From: an uncultured Trueperaceae bacterium
GTDB lineage: Bacteria; Deinococcota; Deinococci; Deinococcales; Trueperaceae
DNA: 64,000 nt
Reading direction: 5' to 3'
NCBI GenBank assembly: GCA_963815215.1
Contig: CAWFFU010000003.1
Span: 320,001 to 384,000 of the forward strand
Shown here: one piece after another, positions 1 to 10,680 of the stretch
Numbering within the stretch: the first letter of the stretch is position 1
How the letters are laid out: each line of letters opens with the position of its first letter
Notes under the pieces: generated by a model
What the model was told of the DNA's origin: nothing
What the model saw: the letters and a program-made list of their open reading frames with translations, nothing else
Database searches by the model: none
Made by a program: the position numbers and the translations under genes

Positions 1-502
1 TGGTGGTGCCCTCCACGGCCGTCGGCATGAAGAACGGAGCGTCGAAGCGAAGGAAGTCGCGCTCGGCGAAGAAGTCGTGGATGGCGCGCTCGAGCTCGTC
101 ACGGACCCGTAGCATCGCCCACGGACCGCGGTGCCGCAGGTAGAGGTGGCGGTTCTCGAACAGGAAGTCCACGCCGTGCTCCTTGGGCGTGATGGGATAG
201 TCGTGGGCAGGCGACACCACCGCCACGTCCTCGACCCCGAGCTCGACGCCGCTGGGCGCGCGCGCGTCCTCCCGCACCCGGCCGCGCACCACCACGCTGC
301 TCTCCTGGGTCAGTGAGCGCGCCCTCTCGAACGCCTCGTCGCCGGCCTCATTGCGCGTGATGACCCCCTGCACGAAGCCGCTTCCGTCGCGCAGTTGGAG
401 GAAGGCGATCTTGCCACTCGAGCGGAGGTTGGTGATCCAGCCCCGCACCTCGACGGCTTCGCCGACATGCTCGGGAAGCCGCAGGATCGATGTCGTAGCC
501 AT
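1..502 (-). CDS. asnS: Asparagine--tRNA ligase, N-terminal part (runs off window start)
   Basis: Own translation from ATG at 502: MATTSILRLPEHVGEAVEVRGWITNLRSSGKIAFLQLRDGSG...YPITPKEHGVDFLFENRHLYLR...AVEGTT. This is the OB-fold plus motif 1 of AsnRS. Not in the ORF track because it is open at the edge. Confidence 0.92.
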   Translation of the reverse strand, partial: MATTSILRLPEHVGEAVEVRGWITNLRSSGKIAFLQLRDGSGFVQGVITRNEAGDEAFERARSLTQESSVVVRGRVREDARAPSGVELGVEDVAVVSPAHDYPITPKEHGVDFLFENRHLYLRHRGPWAMLRVRDELERAIHDFFAERDFLRFDAPFFMPTAVEGTT

Positions 503-543
503 GCGTGCGAGTCTACCAGGGGGGGCGGACCGACGGTTCGGGC

Positions 544-1353
544 TCAGGCCCGGTCGAGCGTCAGCGCCTCGTCGAGCGCCTCCACCACGCCACACGACTC
601 GACGTCACCGGCCACATCGGCGAAGCGCGCGAGCAACTCCGGGGCGCTGTTCGCCATGACCACCGGGTGGCCTACGACCTCGAGCATGGACAGGTCGCCC
701 AAGCTGTCGCCGACCGCCATGACGTCCGCGAGCGGCACCCGCAGCACCTCGGCGACGTGCCGGATGGCGCTGGCCTTGGACACGCCCTCGCGTGTCACGC
801 TCACGAAGGCGGTGTCCTGCAACGCCGGGCTGGTCGCGGTGGAGACCTGCACGCCGTCACCCGAGATGGCGGTCACCGCAGCGATCTCGTCGATCGGCAC
901 GATCCACTGGGCCCGCACCACCGGTTCGTTCGCGACCACGTCCTCGAGGTCACGGACGATGGCGTTGACACCGATCATCTTGGCGTGCGCCTCGCTCATG
1001 TCGGTCCTACGCTCGATGAACAGGTTGCTCGGGGTGTAGAGCTCCAGCACGCTGCCGCGCTTCCGAGCCTGTTCGATGATGTGGCGTGCGGCCGCCTCCT
1101 TGAGCGCCGACGCCTTGAGCGTCTCGCCGTCCGGATAGGCGATGTGAGCGCCCGATTGGAACACGTGCGGTGACGTCGGCCCCAGCCGTTGCGCCACCCG
1201 CAGCGCGATGCCGAACGCCGGGCGACCGGTGCACACCACCAGCTTGACGCCCGCCTCGCGAACGCGCTCGGCGGCGTCCCACACGCAGGATTGCACCACA
1301 CCCTGGGACCCGATGACGGTGCCGTCGAGATCGAGGACGACGAGGGGGATCAT
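544..1353 (-). CDS. Cof-type HAD-IIB hydrolase
   Basis: [13 protein letters not shown] (DxD motif I), CTGR motif [20 protein letters not shown] motif IV. ATGA overlap with the aspS stop. Confidence 0.9.
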   Translation of the reverse strand: MIPLVVLDLDGTVIGSQGVVQSCVWDAAERVREAGVKLVVCTGRPAFGIALRVAQRLGPTSPHVFQSGAHIAYPDGETLKASALKEAAARHIIEQARKRGSVLELYTPSNLFIERRTDMSEAHAKMIGVNAIVRDLEDVVANEPVVRAQWIVPIDEIAAVTAISGDGVQVSTATSPALQDTAFVSVTREGVSKASAIRHVAEVLRVPLADVMAVGDSLGDLSMLEVVGHPVVMANSAPELLARFADVAGDVESCGVVEALDEALTLDRA

Positions 1354-3128
1354 GGTCGCTCGCCTGCCACGGCGAGTCCCAGCTCCTGGAGCTGGACGGG
1401 CTCCAACGGCGACGGGGCGCCCGTCAGCGGGTCGCCCCCCCGCTGGTTCTTGGGGAAGGCGATCACGTCGCGAAGGCTGGAGGCGCCGCTCAACAGCATG
1501 ACCAGGCGGTCGAGTCCCCAGGCGATGCCGCCGTGGGGCGGCGCGCCGTAGGACAGCGCCTCCAGAAAGAAGCCGAAGCGGCGTTCGGCTTCGTCGTCGC
1601 TGAATCCCAGCGCTCGGAACATGCGGCGCTGGAGGTCGAGGCGGTAGATCCTGAGGCTGCCGCCCCCGATCTCGTTGCCGTTCAGCACCAGATCGTAGGC
1701 GTACGCCTGGACCGAGCCAGGATCGCTCTCCAGCCGGTCCAGGTCCGCGTCGTTGGGGCGGGTGAAGGGGTGGTGCTTGAAGGTCCAACCCCCGCTCTCC
1801 TCGTCTTGCTCCAGCAGCGGGAAGTCCACCACCCACAGGAAGTCGAGCCTGTCGGGCAGGTCGATGCCGAGTACCTCGGGCAGCCGCGAACGCACCGCGC
1901 CGAGGGCCGTGCAGGCCACGTCCCAGCGGTCCGCGACGAGCAGCAGGACGTCGCCTTCGTCCTCGGACAGCTCCTGCAACCGCCCCCGCTCGTACTCGCC
2001 CAGGAACTTGGCGATGGGCCCGCTGAAGCCACCGTCGCCGCCGTACTTCAACCACGCCATGCCCTTGGCGCCGTGCCGCTTGGCGTGAGCCTCCAGCTCG
2101 TCGAGCGTACGTCTAGTCAACGGCGCGGCCTCGAAGGCGGGCACCCGCAGTGCCTTCACCACACCGCCGGCGTCGAGCACCGTAGCGAAGCCCCGGAAGG
2201 CGGTGCCTTCGAACGCCGACGAGGCGTCGGCGAGGGGGAGACCGAAGCGGGTGTCGGGTTTGTCGCTGCCGTAGCGGTCCATCGCCTCGCGGTAGCTCAG
2301 GCGTGGGAACGGAGTGACGATCTCGGCGCCCGTAGCCGCGGTGACGACCGCTTCCATCAGCCCTTCGCTGAGGTCCAGCACGTCGTCCTGATCGACGAAT
2401 GCCATCTCCAGGTCGAGCTGGGTGAAGTCGGGCTGGCGGTCGGCCCGGAGGTCCTCGTCGCGGAAACACCGCGCCACCTGGAAGTAGCGGTCCACGCCCG
2501 CCATCATCAACATCTGCTTGAAGAGCTGCGGGGACTGGGGCAGGGCGTAGAAGGAGCCCGGCCTGAGCCGCGCCGGTACCACGTAGTCGCGCGCGCCTTC
2601 GGGGGTCGACAGGGTGAGTAGCGGGGTCTCGACCTGCACGAAGTCGCGCGCATCGAGGTAGTCCCAGATGGCCTTGGTCACGCGGTGGCGCACGCGCAAC
2701 GGTGCCAGCGCCTGCGGGCGCCGCAGGTCGAGGTAGCGGTGCTTGAGGCGCAGGTCCTCGCTGACCTCGCCGGCGTCGACGCTGCCGTCGACCAGGAACG
2801 GCGGCGTGCGGGCCGATGAGAGCACCTCGAGCCGCCGGGCCACCACCTCGACCTCGCCGGTGGGATTGTGCGCGGCGCGCTGCTCGGGCGGGCGCAGACG
2901 CACCTCACCTTCGAGCTCGACCACGAACTCGCTCCGGATACTCTGGGCGGTGCTGAACGCCTCGCTGTCGTCGGGCTCCACCACGACCTGGGTGAGACCC
3001 TCGCGATCGCGTAGGTCGAAGAAGATGAGTCCGCCGAGGTCGCGCCTGCGGTTGACCCAACCTTGCAGCACGACGTCCTGGGCGGCGTGCGAGGCGCGCA
3101 ACGCCCCGCAGGAATGGCTTCGTCTCAT
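1350..3128 (-). CDS. aspS: Aspartate--tRNA ligase
   Basis: [78 protein letters not shown] insertion present. Confidence 0.97.
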   Translation of the reverse strand: MRRSHSCGALRASHAAQDVVLQGWVNRRRDLGGLIFFDLRDREGLTQVVVEPDDSEAFSTAQSIRSEFVVELEGEVRLRPPEQRAAHNPTGEVEVVARRLEVLSSARTPPFLVDGSVDAGEVSEDLRLKHRYLDLRRPQALAPLRVRHRVTKAIWDYLDARDFVQVETPLLTLSTPEGARDYVVPARLRPGSFYALPQSPQLFKQMLMMAGVDRYFQVARCFRDEDLRADRQPDFTQLDLEMAFVDQDDVLDLSEGLMEAVVTAATGAEIVTPFPRLSYREAMDRYGSDKPDTRFGLPLADASSAFEGTAFRGFATVLDAGGVVKALRVPAFEAAPLTRRTLDELEAHAKRHGAKGMAWLKYGGDGGFSGPIAKFLGEYERGRLQELSEDEGDVLLLVADRWDVACTALGAVRSRLPEVLGIDLPDRLDFLWVVDFPLLEQDEESGGWTFKHHPFTRPNDADLDRLESDPGSVQAYAYDLVLNGNEIGGGSLRIYRLDLQRRMFRALGFSDDEAERRFGFFLEALSYGAPPHGGIAWGLDRLVMLLSGASSLRDVIAFPKNQRGGDPLTGAPSPLEPVQLQELGLAVAGERP

Positions 3129-3216
3129 GCCCGTGAGCTTATCAGAGCGCGCCGTGCGCACCGCTGGGGTCGCCGGTGGGAGCCGGGGCCCATCCGGGGT
3201 CCGCCCGGCAGGCGGC

Positions 3217-4476
3217 TCACCGTCGCTCCAGCAGGTAGCGGAGCAGCTCGCTCTCGGCGACCGGTGCCTGCTCGCCACTGGCCAGGTGCTTGACCTGCAG
3301 CACCCCTTGCTCCCGTTCGCTGCCGCCGCGCAGGCCGGCGAACGCTGCGCCGCTGCGATCGGCCTCCTTCAGCCCCTTGCCGGGATTGCGCGGCTGGTAG
3401 CTGTGCTCGACCCGGACGTGGTCCCGCAGGGCGATGGCCAGCCGCGTGACCTCCAGCACGGCCGGTTCGTCGAGCGGCACCAGGAAGAGCGCGGGGCGGT
3501 CCTCGTCGACCGGCGCCACCCCTTCCTGGGCCAGGGCGTCGAACACCCGTTCGATGCCGACCGCCCAGCCCACGCCCGGGAGCGGCGGGCCTCCGAGTCT
3601 CTCGATCAGGCCGTCGTAACGGCCGCCGCCGCCCAGCGCCGACTGAGCGCCGATCCCCTCGAAGTGGACCTCGAAGGCCGTTCGGCGGTAGTAGTCGAGC
3701 CCGCGCACGATGGCGGGGTCGATCTCGTAGGGCACGTCCCACGCGTCCAGATAGCCGCGCACCTCGTCCAGGTGCGCGCGGGCGCCCTCGCCCAGGAAGT
3801 CGATGGGGCGCTTGAGCCCCTCGAGCAGGGCCTGGTCCTCCTCGGACTTGCTGTCGAGCACCCGCATGGGGTTGAGTTCCAGCCGCCGTCGGCTCGTCTC
3901 CGACAGCGCTTCCGCCCGTGGGGCGAGCTGTTCACGCAGGTAGGCGTTGTAGGCCGCGCGGTCTTGAGGATCGCCGACCGAGCCCAGCCGCATGTGGTGC
4001 CGGCGCAGCCCGCTGCGGTGCAGGACCCGGTACAGGAGCTGGACCGCCTCGGCGTCGGCGAGCGCCTGGGAAAGCCCCACGATCTCGAGGTTGATCTGGT
4101 GGAACTGGCGGTAGCGTCCGCGTTGCACGTTCTCGGCGCGGAACAGAGGACCGGCGCTCCACAGCTTCACGGGCCGTGGCAGCGTGTGCATGCCGTGCTC
4201 GATGAAGGCGCGCAGCACACCGGCGGTGAACTCCGGCCGCAGCGTCAGCTGCCGTCCACCGCGATCCTCGAAGCTGTACATCTCCTTCTGCACCACCAGG
4301 TCGGCGGAATCGCCCACGGACTTGTCGAAGACCTCGCTGTACTCGAACACCGGCGTCGTCAGCCGGCGGGCACCGGCGCGCGAGAGCTCGAGCTCGACCG
4401 CGGCCAGCAGATGCCGCCAGAGGGGCTGCTCGTCGGGGAGGACGTCGTGGGTGCCCTTCACGGCTTGCGGTTTCAT
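3217..4476 (-). CDS. hisS: Histidine--tRNA ligase
   Basis: [51 protein letters not shown]. Confidence 0.97.
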   Translation of the reverse strand: MKPQAVKGTHDVLPDEQPLWRHLLAAVELELSRAGARRLTTPVFEYSEVFDKSVGDSADLVVQKEMYSFEDRGGRQLTLRPEFTAGVLRAFIEHGMHTLPRPVKLWSAGPLFRAENVQRGRYRQFHQINLEIVGLSQALADAEAVQLLYRVLHRSGLRRHHMRLGSVGDPQDRAAYNAYLREQLAPRAEALSETSRRRLELNPMRVLDSKSEEDQALLEGLKRPIDFLGEGARAHLDEVRGYLDAWDVPYEIDPAIVRGLDYYRRTAFEVHFEGIGAQSALGGGGRYDGLIERLGGPPLPGVGWAVGIERVFDALAQEGVAPVDEDRPALFLVPLDEPAVLEVTRLAIALRDHVRVEHSYQPRNPGKGLKEADRSGAAFAGLRGGSEREQGVLQVKHLASGEQAPVAESELLRYLLERR

Positions 4477-4582
4477 AGGGTCCGAGTCTACCGCGCTCCG
4501 GCGCGCGCGCCACGAGCAGCGGGGCCGCTCATGGCGGCCCCGCAGGTCGATGGGCGGCGTTGCGCCGCTCGCGAGATTCGGC

Positions 4583-4963
4583 TCAGGGGAAGTTAGCGGG
4601 GAGGCCGTTGCTGGCCTGGCCGTCTACGACGACGAAGACGAAGCCGTACCCCGCGTTCTGCGGTTCGGTGAACTCGATGCGGCTGGGGCTCCACGACGTC
4701 GGCTTCACCTTCATGCCGCCCTCGAGGTTCATGTTCGCCCCGATCAGGACGTAGCTGTTCGCCCCCGTACCACCATGGCCGTCGCCGAAGTAGCGGCCCT
4801 GGAGCACGACGGTGCCGCCCCTCGTCTGTGGGGACGTGACGGAGATCAGGGTCGGGGTCACGTTGGTCGCCACCGCGGTGGTGGGTGCGCACGCTGCTAG
4901 CGTGATGGCAAGCAACCCGAGCGCTATCCAGGCAAGACGCTTCACGGTCTCCTCCTCGTTCAC
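4583..4963 (-). CDS. Small secreted lipoprotein, Ig-like (IPT/TIG-like) domain
   Basis: Signal peptide with lipobox TLAAC; beta-rich body with TVVLQGRYFG, SWSPSRIEFTEP and VVVDGQASN, typical of IPT/TIG repeats. Confidence 0.7.
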   Translation of the reverse strand: MNEEETVKRLAWIALGLLAITLAACAPTTAVATNVTPTLISVTSPQTRGGTVVLQGRYFGDGHGGTGANSYVLIGANMNLEGGMKVKPTSWSPSRIEFTEPQNAGYGFVFVVVDGQASNGLPANFP

Positions 4964-5053
4964 CAGAGCCTACGGAGCGCGGCGCCCTGCGTCAATGGGA
5001 TGTTTCATAGCCTGCGGGCGGGCCCCTCCGCTGCTCACGGTACGATATTCGGC

Positions 5054-5635
5054 GTGAGTAGCCACTACTTCGCCTACCTTGCGCGGCTGAAGTACATCCT
5101 GCGGTGGGGCCTGATGCGCAACACTCGCCCGGAGAACACGCAGGAGCACAGCCTGCAGGTGGCGATGGTGGCGCATGCCCTGGCGGTGATCCGCAACAGG
5201 GTCTACGGCGGCGCCGTCGATCCCGACCGCACCGCGTTGCTGGCGGTATTCCACGACGCCGAGGAGGTCATCACCGGCGACGTGCCGACCCCCATCAAGT
5301 ACTTCAACCCCAAGGTGGCCGAGGCGATGGACGGGATCCGGGACGTAGCCCGCGATCGTCTGTTGGCGATGCTGCCGGAGGAGCTCCGCGGCGCCTATCG
5401 GGATCTGTTGTTCCCGTCGAGCGCGGACGCCGCCGAGTGGCGGCTGGTCAAGCTCGCCGACAAGCTGACCGCCTACCTCAAGTGCGTGGAGGAAGCCAAG
5501 GCGGGCAACGAGGAGTTCGCTCGCGCGGAGCAGGTCATCCGCGCCGATCTCGCCGCGATCGAGGAGCCGGAGGTCGCGTACTTCCTGGAGACGTTCGCGC
5601 CGAGCTTCCAGTTGACGCTCGACGAATTGAACTGA
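5054..5635 (+). CDS. yfbR: HD-domain 5'-deoxynucleotidase (YfbR family)
   Basis: SSHYFAYLARLKYILRWGLMRN, ENTQEHS, FHDAEEVITGDVPTPIKY, KLADKL, GNEEF. GTG start placed 7 nt after TACGAT. Confidence 0.9.
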   Translation: MSSHYFAYLARLKYILRWGLMRNTRPENTQEHSLQVAMVAHALAVIRNRVYGGAVDPDRTALLAVFHDAEEVITGDVPTPIKYFNPKVAEAMDGIRDVARDRLLAMLPEELRGAYRDLLFPSSADAAEWRLVKLADKLTAYLKCVEEAKAGNEEFARAEQVIRADLAAIEEPEVAYFLETFAPSFQLTLDELN

Positions 5636-5824
5636 ATCACGGCTGCGGAATTCACAAGCGCACGAGCAGATACCTTGTGACATCGTGCGCATGCTGGCAT
5701 GACGGGCGTGACCGTCGGCAACGGAGACCGGCGGGGAAGAGCGACGCCCGGCTGGTAGACTTCTCTGGCGCCGGACGCGACGGACACGCGGCAGACCGCC
5801 GGCGACGGGCGGAGGTGAGGCGAC

Positions 5825-7216
5825 ATGGTTCAGGCTCCCGACTTGGAGGCCCAGCGCGAGGAGCTCCTGGAGCTGGTCGAGGCGCGACGCTTCGAGGAGC
5901 TGCGTTTGCGGCTTCGCGACCGTGAGCCGCACGACCTCGCCGAGCTGATGGACGACCTGCCGCACGAGGCCGAGGCCGTGGTGTTCCGTATCCTGCCGCG
6001 CGACCTGGCCGCCGACACCTTCGAGTACCTGCGGGTAGACGCACAGGAGCGGTTGCTCAGGGCGATGGGCGAGCGCGAGGTGGCGCTCGTCCTCAACGAC
6101 ATGTCGCCGGACGATCGCACCGCACTGCTCGAGGAACTGCCCGGCAAGGTGACCAAGCGGCTGCTCAACCTGCTGTCGCCCGACGAGCGCAGCGTGGCCA
6201 CACGCCTGCTCGGTTACCCCGAAGACTCGGTCGGACGACTCATGACGCCCGACTATGTGGCCGTCAAGCCGCACTGGACGGTCGGCGACGCTCTGACGCA
6301 CATCCGCGAGTTCGGCAGTGACTCGGAGACCCTCAACATCCTGTACGTGACGGCCAAGGGTGGCCGGCTCATCGACGACCTTCGCATGCGCGAGCTGCTG
6401 CTGGTCGATCCGGACACCCGCATCGAGGCGCTCATGGACCGCCAGTTCGTGGCGCTGGAGGCGACGCAGGACCAGGAGGAGGCGGTCAGCGCCTTCCGGA
6501 GGCTGGACCGTACGGCGCTGCCGGTCACGGACACAGGCGGGATCCTGGTCGGCATCGTGACGGTGGATGACGTGCTGGACGTGGCCGAGGAGGAAGCCAC
6601 CGAGGACTTCCACAAGCTCGGCGGTGTCGAGGCGTTCGACGAGCCCTACCTCCGCATCGCGATCCCGGCCCTGGTCCGCAAGCGGGCGGTGTGGCTGGTG
6701 ATGCTGTTCATCGGCGAGATGCTCACCGCCACGGCGATGGGGTTCTTCCAGAACGAGATCGCCAAGGCGGTGGTGCTGTCGCTGTTCATCCCGCTCATCA
6801 TCTCCAGCGGCGGCAACTCCGGCTCGCAGGCGGCCACGCTGGTCACCCGGGCCATGGCGCTGGGCGAGGTCACGATGCGCGACTGGTGGCGCGTGACGCG
6901 GCGCGAGCTGGTCGCCGGGTTGTCGCTCGGCGTCATCCTTGGTGCCGTGGGCTTCGCACGCATCACCGTGTGGGCCCTCGCGTTCAACATGTACGGCCCG
7001 CACTGGCCCCTCATCGCCGCCACCATCTTCTTCTCGCTGATCGGTGTGGTGCTGTGGGGCTCGCTGGCGGGCTCGCTGCTGCCGATCGTGCTCAAGCGCG
7101 TCGGCGCCGACCCGGCGTCGTCGTCGGCGCCCTTCGTGGCGACCATCGTGGACGTGACGGGCATCATCATCTTCTTCACGGTGGCGGCGACGCTGCTGAC
7201 CGGCACACTGCTATAG
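5825..7216 (+). CDS. mgtE: Magnesium transporter MgtE
   Basis: N-terminal MgtE domain, tandem CBS (YPEDSVGRLMTPDY; GIVTVDDV), TM region SSGGNSGSQ and DPA..SAPFVATIVD. Confidence 0.95.
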   Translation: MVQAPDLEAQREELLELVEARRFEELRLRLRDREPHDLAELMDDLPHEAEAVVFRILPRDLAADTFEYLRVDAQERLLRAMGEREVALVLNDMSPDDRTALLEELPGKVTKRLLNLLSPDERSVATRLLGYPEDSVGRLMTPDYVAVKPHWTVGDALTHIREFGSDSETLNILYVTAKGGRLIDDLRMRELLLVDPDTRIEALMDRQFVALEATQDQEEAVSAFRRLDRTALPVTDTGGILVGIVTVDDVLDVAEEEATEDFHKLGGVEAFDEPYLRIAIPALVRKRAVWLVMLFIGEMLTATAMGFFQNEIAKAVVLSLFIPLIISSGGNSGSQAATLVTRAMALGEVTMRDWWRVTRRELVAGLSLGVILGAVGFARITVWALAFNMYGPHWPLIAATIFFSLIGVVLWGSLAGSLLPIVLKRVGADPASSSAPFVATIVDVTGIIIFFTVAATLLTGTLL

Positions 7217-7332
7217 ACACTCCGCTGTAGACGCCCTGCGGCGTAGTCGATGACGTCGGCGGCGCTCGGCCCTGGAGGGAGCCGAATGTCCCTGCAGCAC
7301 CGACGTATCGTGGGCTCGCACGGGAGGTGCCT

Positions 7333-9876
7333 ATGACACGGCCACGTGGAATCCCTCCGACTTCAGACGCTCAGACTCCTGTGAAGGATGCGGACCAGCT
7401 CGACGACGTGCTGCATTCCCTCGACACCACACTCGATGGCCTGAGCGGGGAAGAGGCGGCCGAGCGCCTGGAGCGCTACGGCCGCAACGCGCTGGCGGAG
7501 CGCACGCGCAACCCGCTGGGCCAGTTCCTGTCCTACCTGTGGGGCCCGATCCCCTGGATGATCGAGGTCGCGGCGATCCTTTCCGTCATCGACCGGCACT
7601 GGGCGGACCTCGTCATCATCGTGACGCTCCTGCTATTCAACGCAGCCGTGGGCTTCTTCCAGGAGTTCCAGGCCACCAACGCGGTGGACGCCTTGAAGAG
7701 GCAGCTCGCGCTGAAGGCCCGGGTGCGCCGAGACGGCAGCTGGCGGCAGATCGATGCTGCCGAGCTCGTACCGGGCGACGTGTTGCGCCTCCGGCTCGGG
7801 GACATCGTGCCCGGGGACGTCAAGCTGGCGGACGGCGACTTCCTCAGCGTCGACCAGTCGGCGTTGACGGGCGAGTCGTTGCCGGTCCAGAAGCGGGCGG
7901 GTGACGCCGCGTACTCGGGGTCCGTCGTGAAGCAGGGGGAGATGGTGGCCGTGGTGACGGCCACCGGGAGCAGCACCTTCTTCGGCAAGACGGCCAGGCT
8001 GGTGGGCGAGGCGAAGTCGGTGTCGCACTTCCAGCGTGCGGTGTTGCGCATCGGTGACTACCTGATCTACCTGAGCCTGGTGCTCGCCGCCGTGCTGGTG
8101 TTGGTGCAGGTCGGTCGTGGGGCGCCGCTGGTGACGCTGGCGCAGTTCACGCTGATCTTGGTGGTGGCGGCGATCCCCGTGGCGATGCCGGCGGTGCTGT
8201 CGGTCACCATGGCGATCGGGGCCAGGACTCTGGCCGGGATGAAGGCCATCGTCACGCGGCTCGAGTCGATCGAAGAGATGGCGGGCATGGACATCCTGTG
8301 CTCGGACAAGACGGGCACCCTGACGCAGAACAGCCTGACCCTGGGCGACCCTGTGCTGTTCGGGGCGGTCGACGCGCAGCAACTCATCCTGGCCGCGGCG
8401 CTGGCCTCGGTAGAGGAGGACCAGGACGCCATCGACCTTGCCGTGCTGGGCGGTTTGGAGGACGCATCCATGGCGGCAACGTTCCGGCGGCGGTCGTTCA
8501 CGCCGTTCGACCCCGTCGGCAAGCGCACGGAAGCGACGATCGACGACCCCGCGGGTGGCTCGTTCCGGGTCAGTAAGGGGGCGCCGCAGGTGATCCTCGA
8601 CCTGTGCCGGACCGCGCCGTCGGTCCGGGCCCGGGCCGAGCAGACGATCGACGACCTGGCCGCGAAGGGCTATCGCACCCTGGGTGTGGCCCGGTCGGAC
8701 GGTGGACAGGGGTGGACGTTCCTGGGGATCCTGCCGCTGTTCGATCCGCCACGGGAGGACTCGCCCGAGACCATCCGACGGGCGCGTGAGCACGGCGTCG
8801 AGGTCAAGATGGTCACCGGCGATAACGTGGCGATCGCACGCGAGATGAGCGGACGGCTCGGCCTGGGGCAGAACATCCGGGCGGTCGAGGACCTGTCCAC
8901 GGACGACGCGGACGACGCTTTCGACGATGGAGCGGTCGAGGACGCCGATGGCTTCGCGCAGGTGTTCCCGGAGCACAAGTACCGCATCGTGAAGCGCCTA
9001 CAGGCCTTGGGTCACATCGTCGGCATGACCGGTGACGGGGTGAACGATGCCCCGGCACTCAAGCAGGCGGACACCGGGGTCGCCGTGAGCGGGGCCACCG
9101 ATGCCGCCCGCGCGGCCTCCGACCTGGTGCTCGTCGCGCCGGGGCTGTCGGTCATCGTGCGCGCCATCGAAGAGGCCCGCAAGATCTTCGAGCGCATGAA
9201 CAGCTATGCCATCTACCGCATCACCGAGACGATCCGCATCATGGTGTTCGTGGTCCTGGCCATGACGGTGTTCAACGTCTATCCGATCACCGCCATCATG
9301 ATCATCCTGCTGGCGTTCTTCAACGACGTGCCCATCATGGCCATCGCCTACGACAACACCTGGCTCGACCCGAAGCCCGTGCGTTGGGACATGCGCCGGA
9401 TCCTTACCGTCTCGACCGTCCTGGGGCTGATCGGTGTGATCGAGACCTTCGGCCTGCTGGTCCTCGGGCGTGTGTGGCTCCAGCTCGACAACGCCCAGAT
9501 CCAGAGCTTCATCTTCCTGAAGCTGGCCGTGGCCGGCCACCTTACGCTGTTCGTGGCGCGCACCCGCAAGCCGTTCCTGAGCCGACCGCACCCGGCGCCG
9601 GTGGTGCTGTGGTCGGCCATCGTGACCAAGATCGCGGCCACGTTGCTGGTGGCCTTCGGGCTGGGCCTGGTCGCGCCCATCTCGTGGCTGGACATCGGCC
9701 TGATCTGGGGGTACTGCCTGGTCTGGATCTTCATCGAGGACTGGGCCAAGCTCGCGACCTACCACCACTTGGATCTCAGCGGACCTCGGCATCGCTCGTT
9801 CCTCGACCGCATCCAGACGCCTCTCCACGCTTACGGCAAGACGCATCGCGGGCGCTCGGCCTCCGGCGGCGACTAG
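7333..9876 (+). CDS. Plasma-membrane-type proton-efflux P-type ATPase (P3A)
   Basis: DQSALTGES, IPVAMP, AIVTRLESIEEMAGMDILCSDKTGTLT, KGAPQ, MVTGD, GDGVNDAPALK, YRI and FFND. GGAGG RBS before ATG 7333. Confidence 0.9.
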   Translation: MTRPRGIPPTSDAQTPVKDADQLDDVLHSLDTTLDGLSGEEAAERLERYGRNALAERTRNPLGQFLSYLWGPIPWMIEVAAILSVIDRHWADLVIIVTLLLFNAAVGFFQEFQATNAVDALKRQLALKARVRRDGSWRQIDAAELVPGDVLRLRLGDIVPGDVKLADGDFLSVDQSALTGESLPVQKRAGDAAYSGSVVKQGEMVAVVTATGSSTFFGKTARLVGEAKSVSHFQRAVLRIGDYLIYLSLVLAAVLVLVQVGRGAPLVTLAQFTLILVVAAIPVAMPAVLSVTMAIGARTLAGMKAIVTRLESIEEMAGMDILCSDKTGTLTQNSLTLGDPVLFGAVDAQQLILAAALASVEEDQDAIDLAVLGGLEDASMAATFRRRSFTPFDPVGKRTEATIDDPAGGSFRVSKGAPQVILDLCRTAPSVRARAEQTIDDLAAKGYRTLGVARSDGGQGWTFLGILPLFDPPREDSPETIRRAREHGVEVKMVTGDNVAIAREMSGRLGLGQNIRAVEDLSTDDADDAFDDGAVEDADGFAQVFPEHKYRIVKRLQALGHIVGMTGDGVNDAPALKQADTGVAVSGATDAARAASDLVLVAPGLSVIVRAIEEARKIFERMNSYAIYRITETIRIMVFVVLAMTVFNVYPITAIMIILLAFFNDVPIMAIAYDNTWLDPKPVRWDMRRILTVSTVLGLIGVIETFGLLVLGRVWLQLDNAQIQSFIFLKLAVAGHLTLFVARTRKPFLSRPHPAPVVLWSAIVTKIAATLLVAFGLGLVAPISWLDIGLIWGYCLVWIFIEDWAKLATYHHLDLSGPRHRSFLDRIQTPLHAYGKTHRGRSASGGD

Positions 9877-10581
9877 CGGTCGGAGAGGCGCGGCCATCGC
9901 GGCCCCCGGCCGGCCAGTGTGCGACCGCGGGAGACCGCGGTGGCCGCGGTGGCCGCGAGTAGTGGGGACGCATGTCGGCACCGCCCTCATCGCGCGCCTG
10001 CGGCGGCGCGACATACGGATCCGGCCTCGGACCGTAGTCAACAAGTGTTATCAAATCTTCTTGGACCTCAATCACCTCCGCGCACGGTCGGACGCTCCAC
10101 GCCGAACCCACCAACGCATGACTTGCGATGTCGTGTGGGACGCGCTGTCAGGCCTATACCGACCCGTCTGTATAGAACATGATCAACGAAACAGACGGAT
10201 CTCCATCCCGGCAGGTGCAGCCGAACAGGCCCCGCGCAGCGAGTGCGTGCGTTGCTGAAGCGCATGGGAGCGACCCTGCTGGCGTGGGCCGGCCGGCGCC
10301 GCATCGAGGGCGCCGAGCGCGTCTTCGGGATCGTGCCGGAGCGCCGGCCCGCGGGTAGCTGCGGGCGCCTGCGCCGGCGCGGGGCCTGCGCCGGCGTTGT
10401 CGTGCGCCGGCTTGGACCCGCCGCCGAGGGAACGAGGGGTCGAGTGGACTTCGGACGAGTGGACCCGCGGCCGAGCGCACGCCTCGGTCCGAGGCGGCAG
10501 CGATCGGCGTTCCTGGACCGTCCGCTGTCTGGTGGGAGCGCGGTGGCAGCCGGACGCTTCGGCGGAGTGCCGGAGTGTTAA

Positions 10582-10609
10582 AAACCTGATAACTCGTCTT
10601 ATCAGGGTT
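10582..10609. other. dif-like tyrosine-recombinase core site (11-6-11 inverted repeat)
   Basis: AAACCTGATAA CTCGTC TTATCAGGGTT. Arms are inverted with 1 mismatch; inner ATAA-N6-TTAT as in Xer/dif sites; lies 71 bp upstream of a tyrosine recombinase. Confidence 0.7.
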
Positions 10610-10680
10610 TGATATCCTGCGTACATGAAGTGCTGCTGTACGCCATCGCGCCGCCCCGGGTCGGCCGCACGGGGTGCGCT

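Noticed and set aside
5636..5824. M-box (ykoK) riboswitch upstream of mgtE
   Set aside because: No match to the conserved M-box segments as I recall them.
10028..10058. Second dif-like site (…GTCAA-CAAGTG-TTATCAAAT)
   Set aside because: Only six bases of one arm match and the left arm lacks ATAA; kept only as a weak note in the upstream-tract finding.
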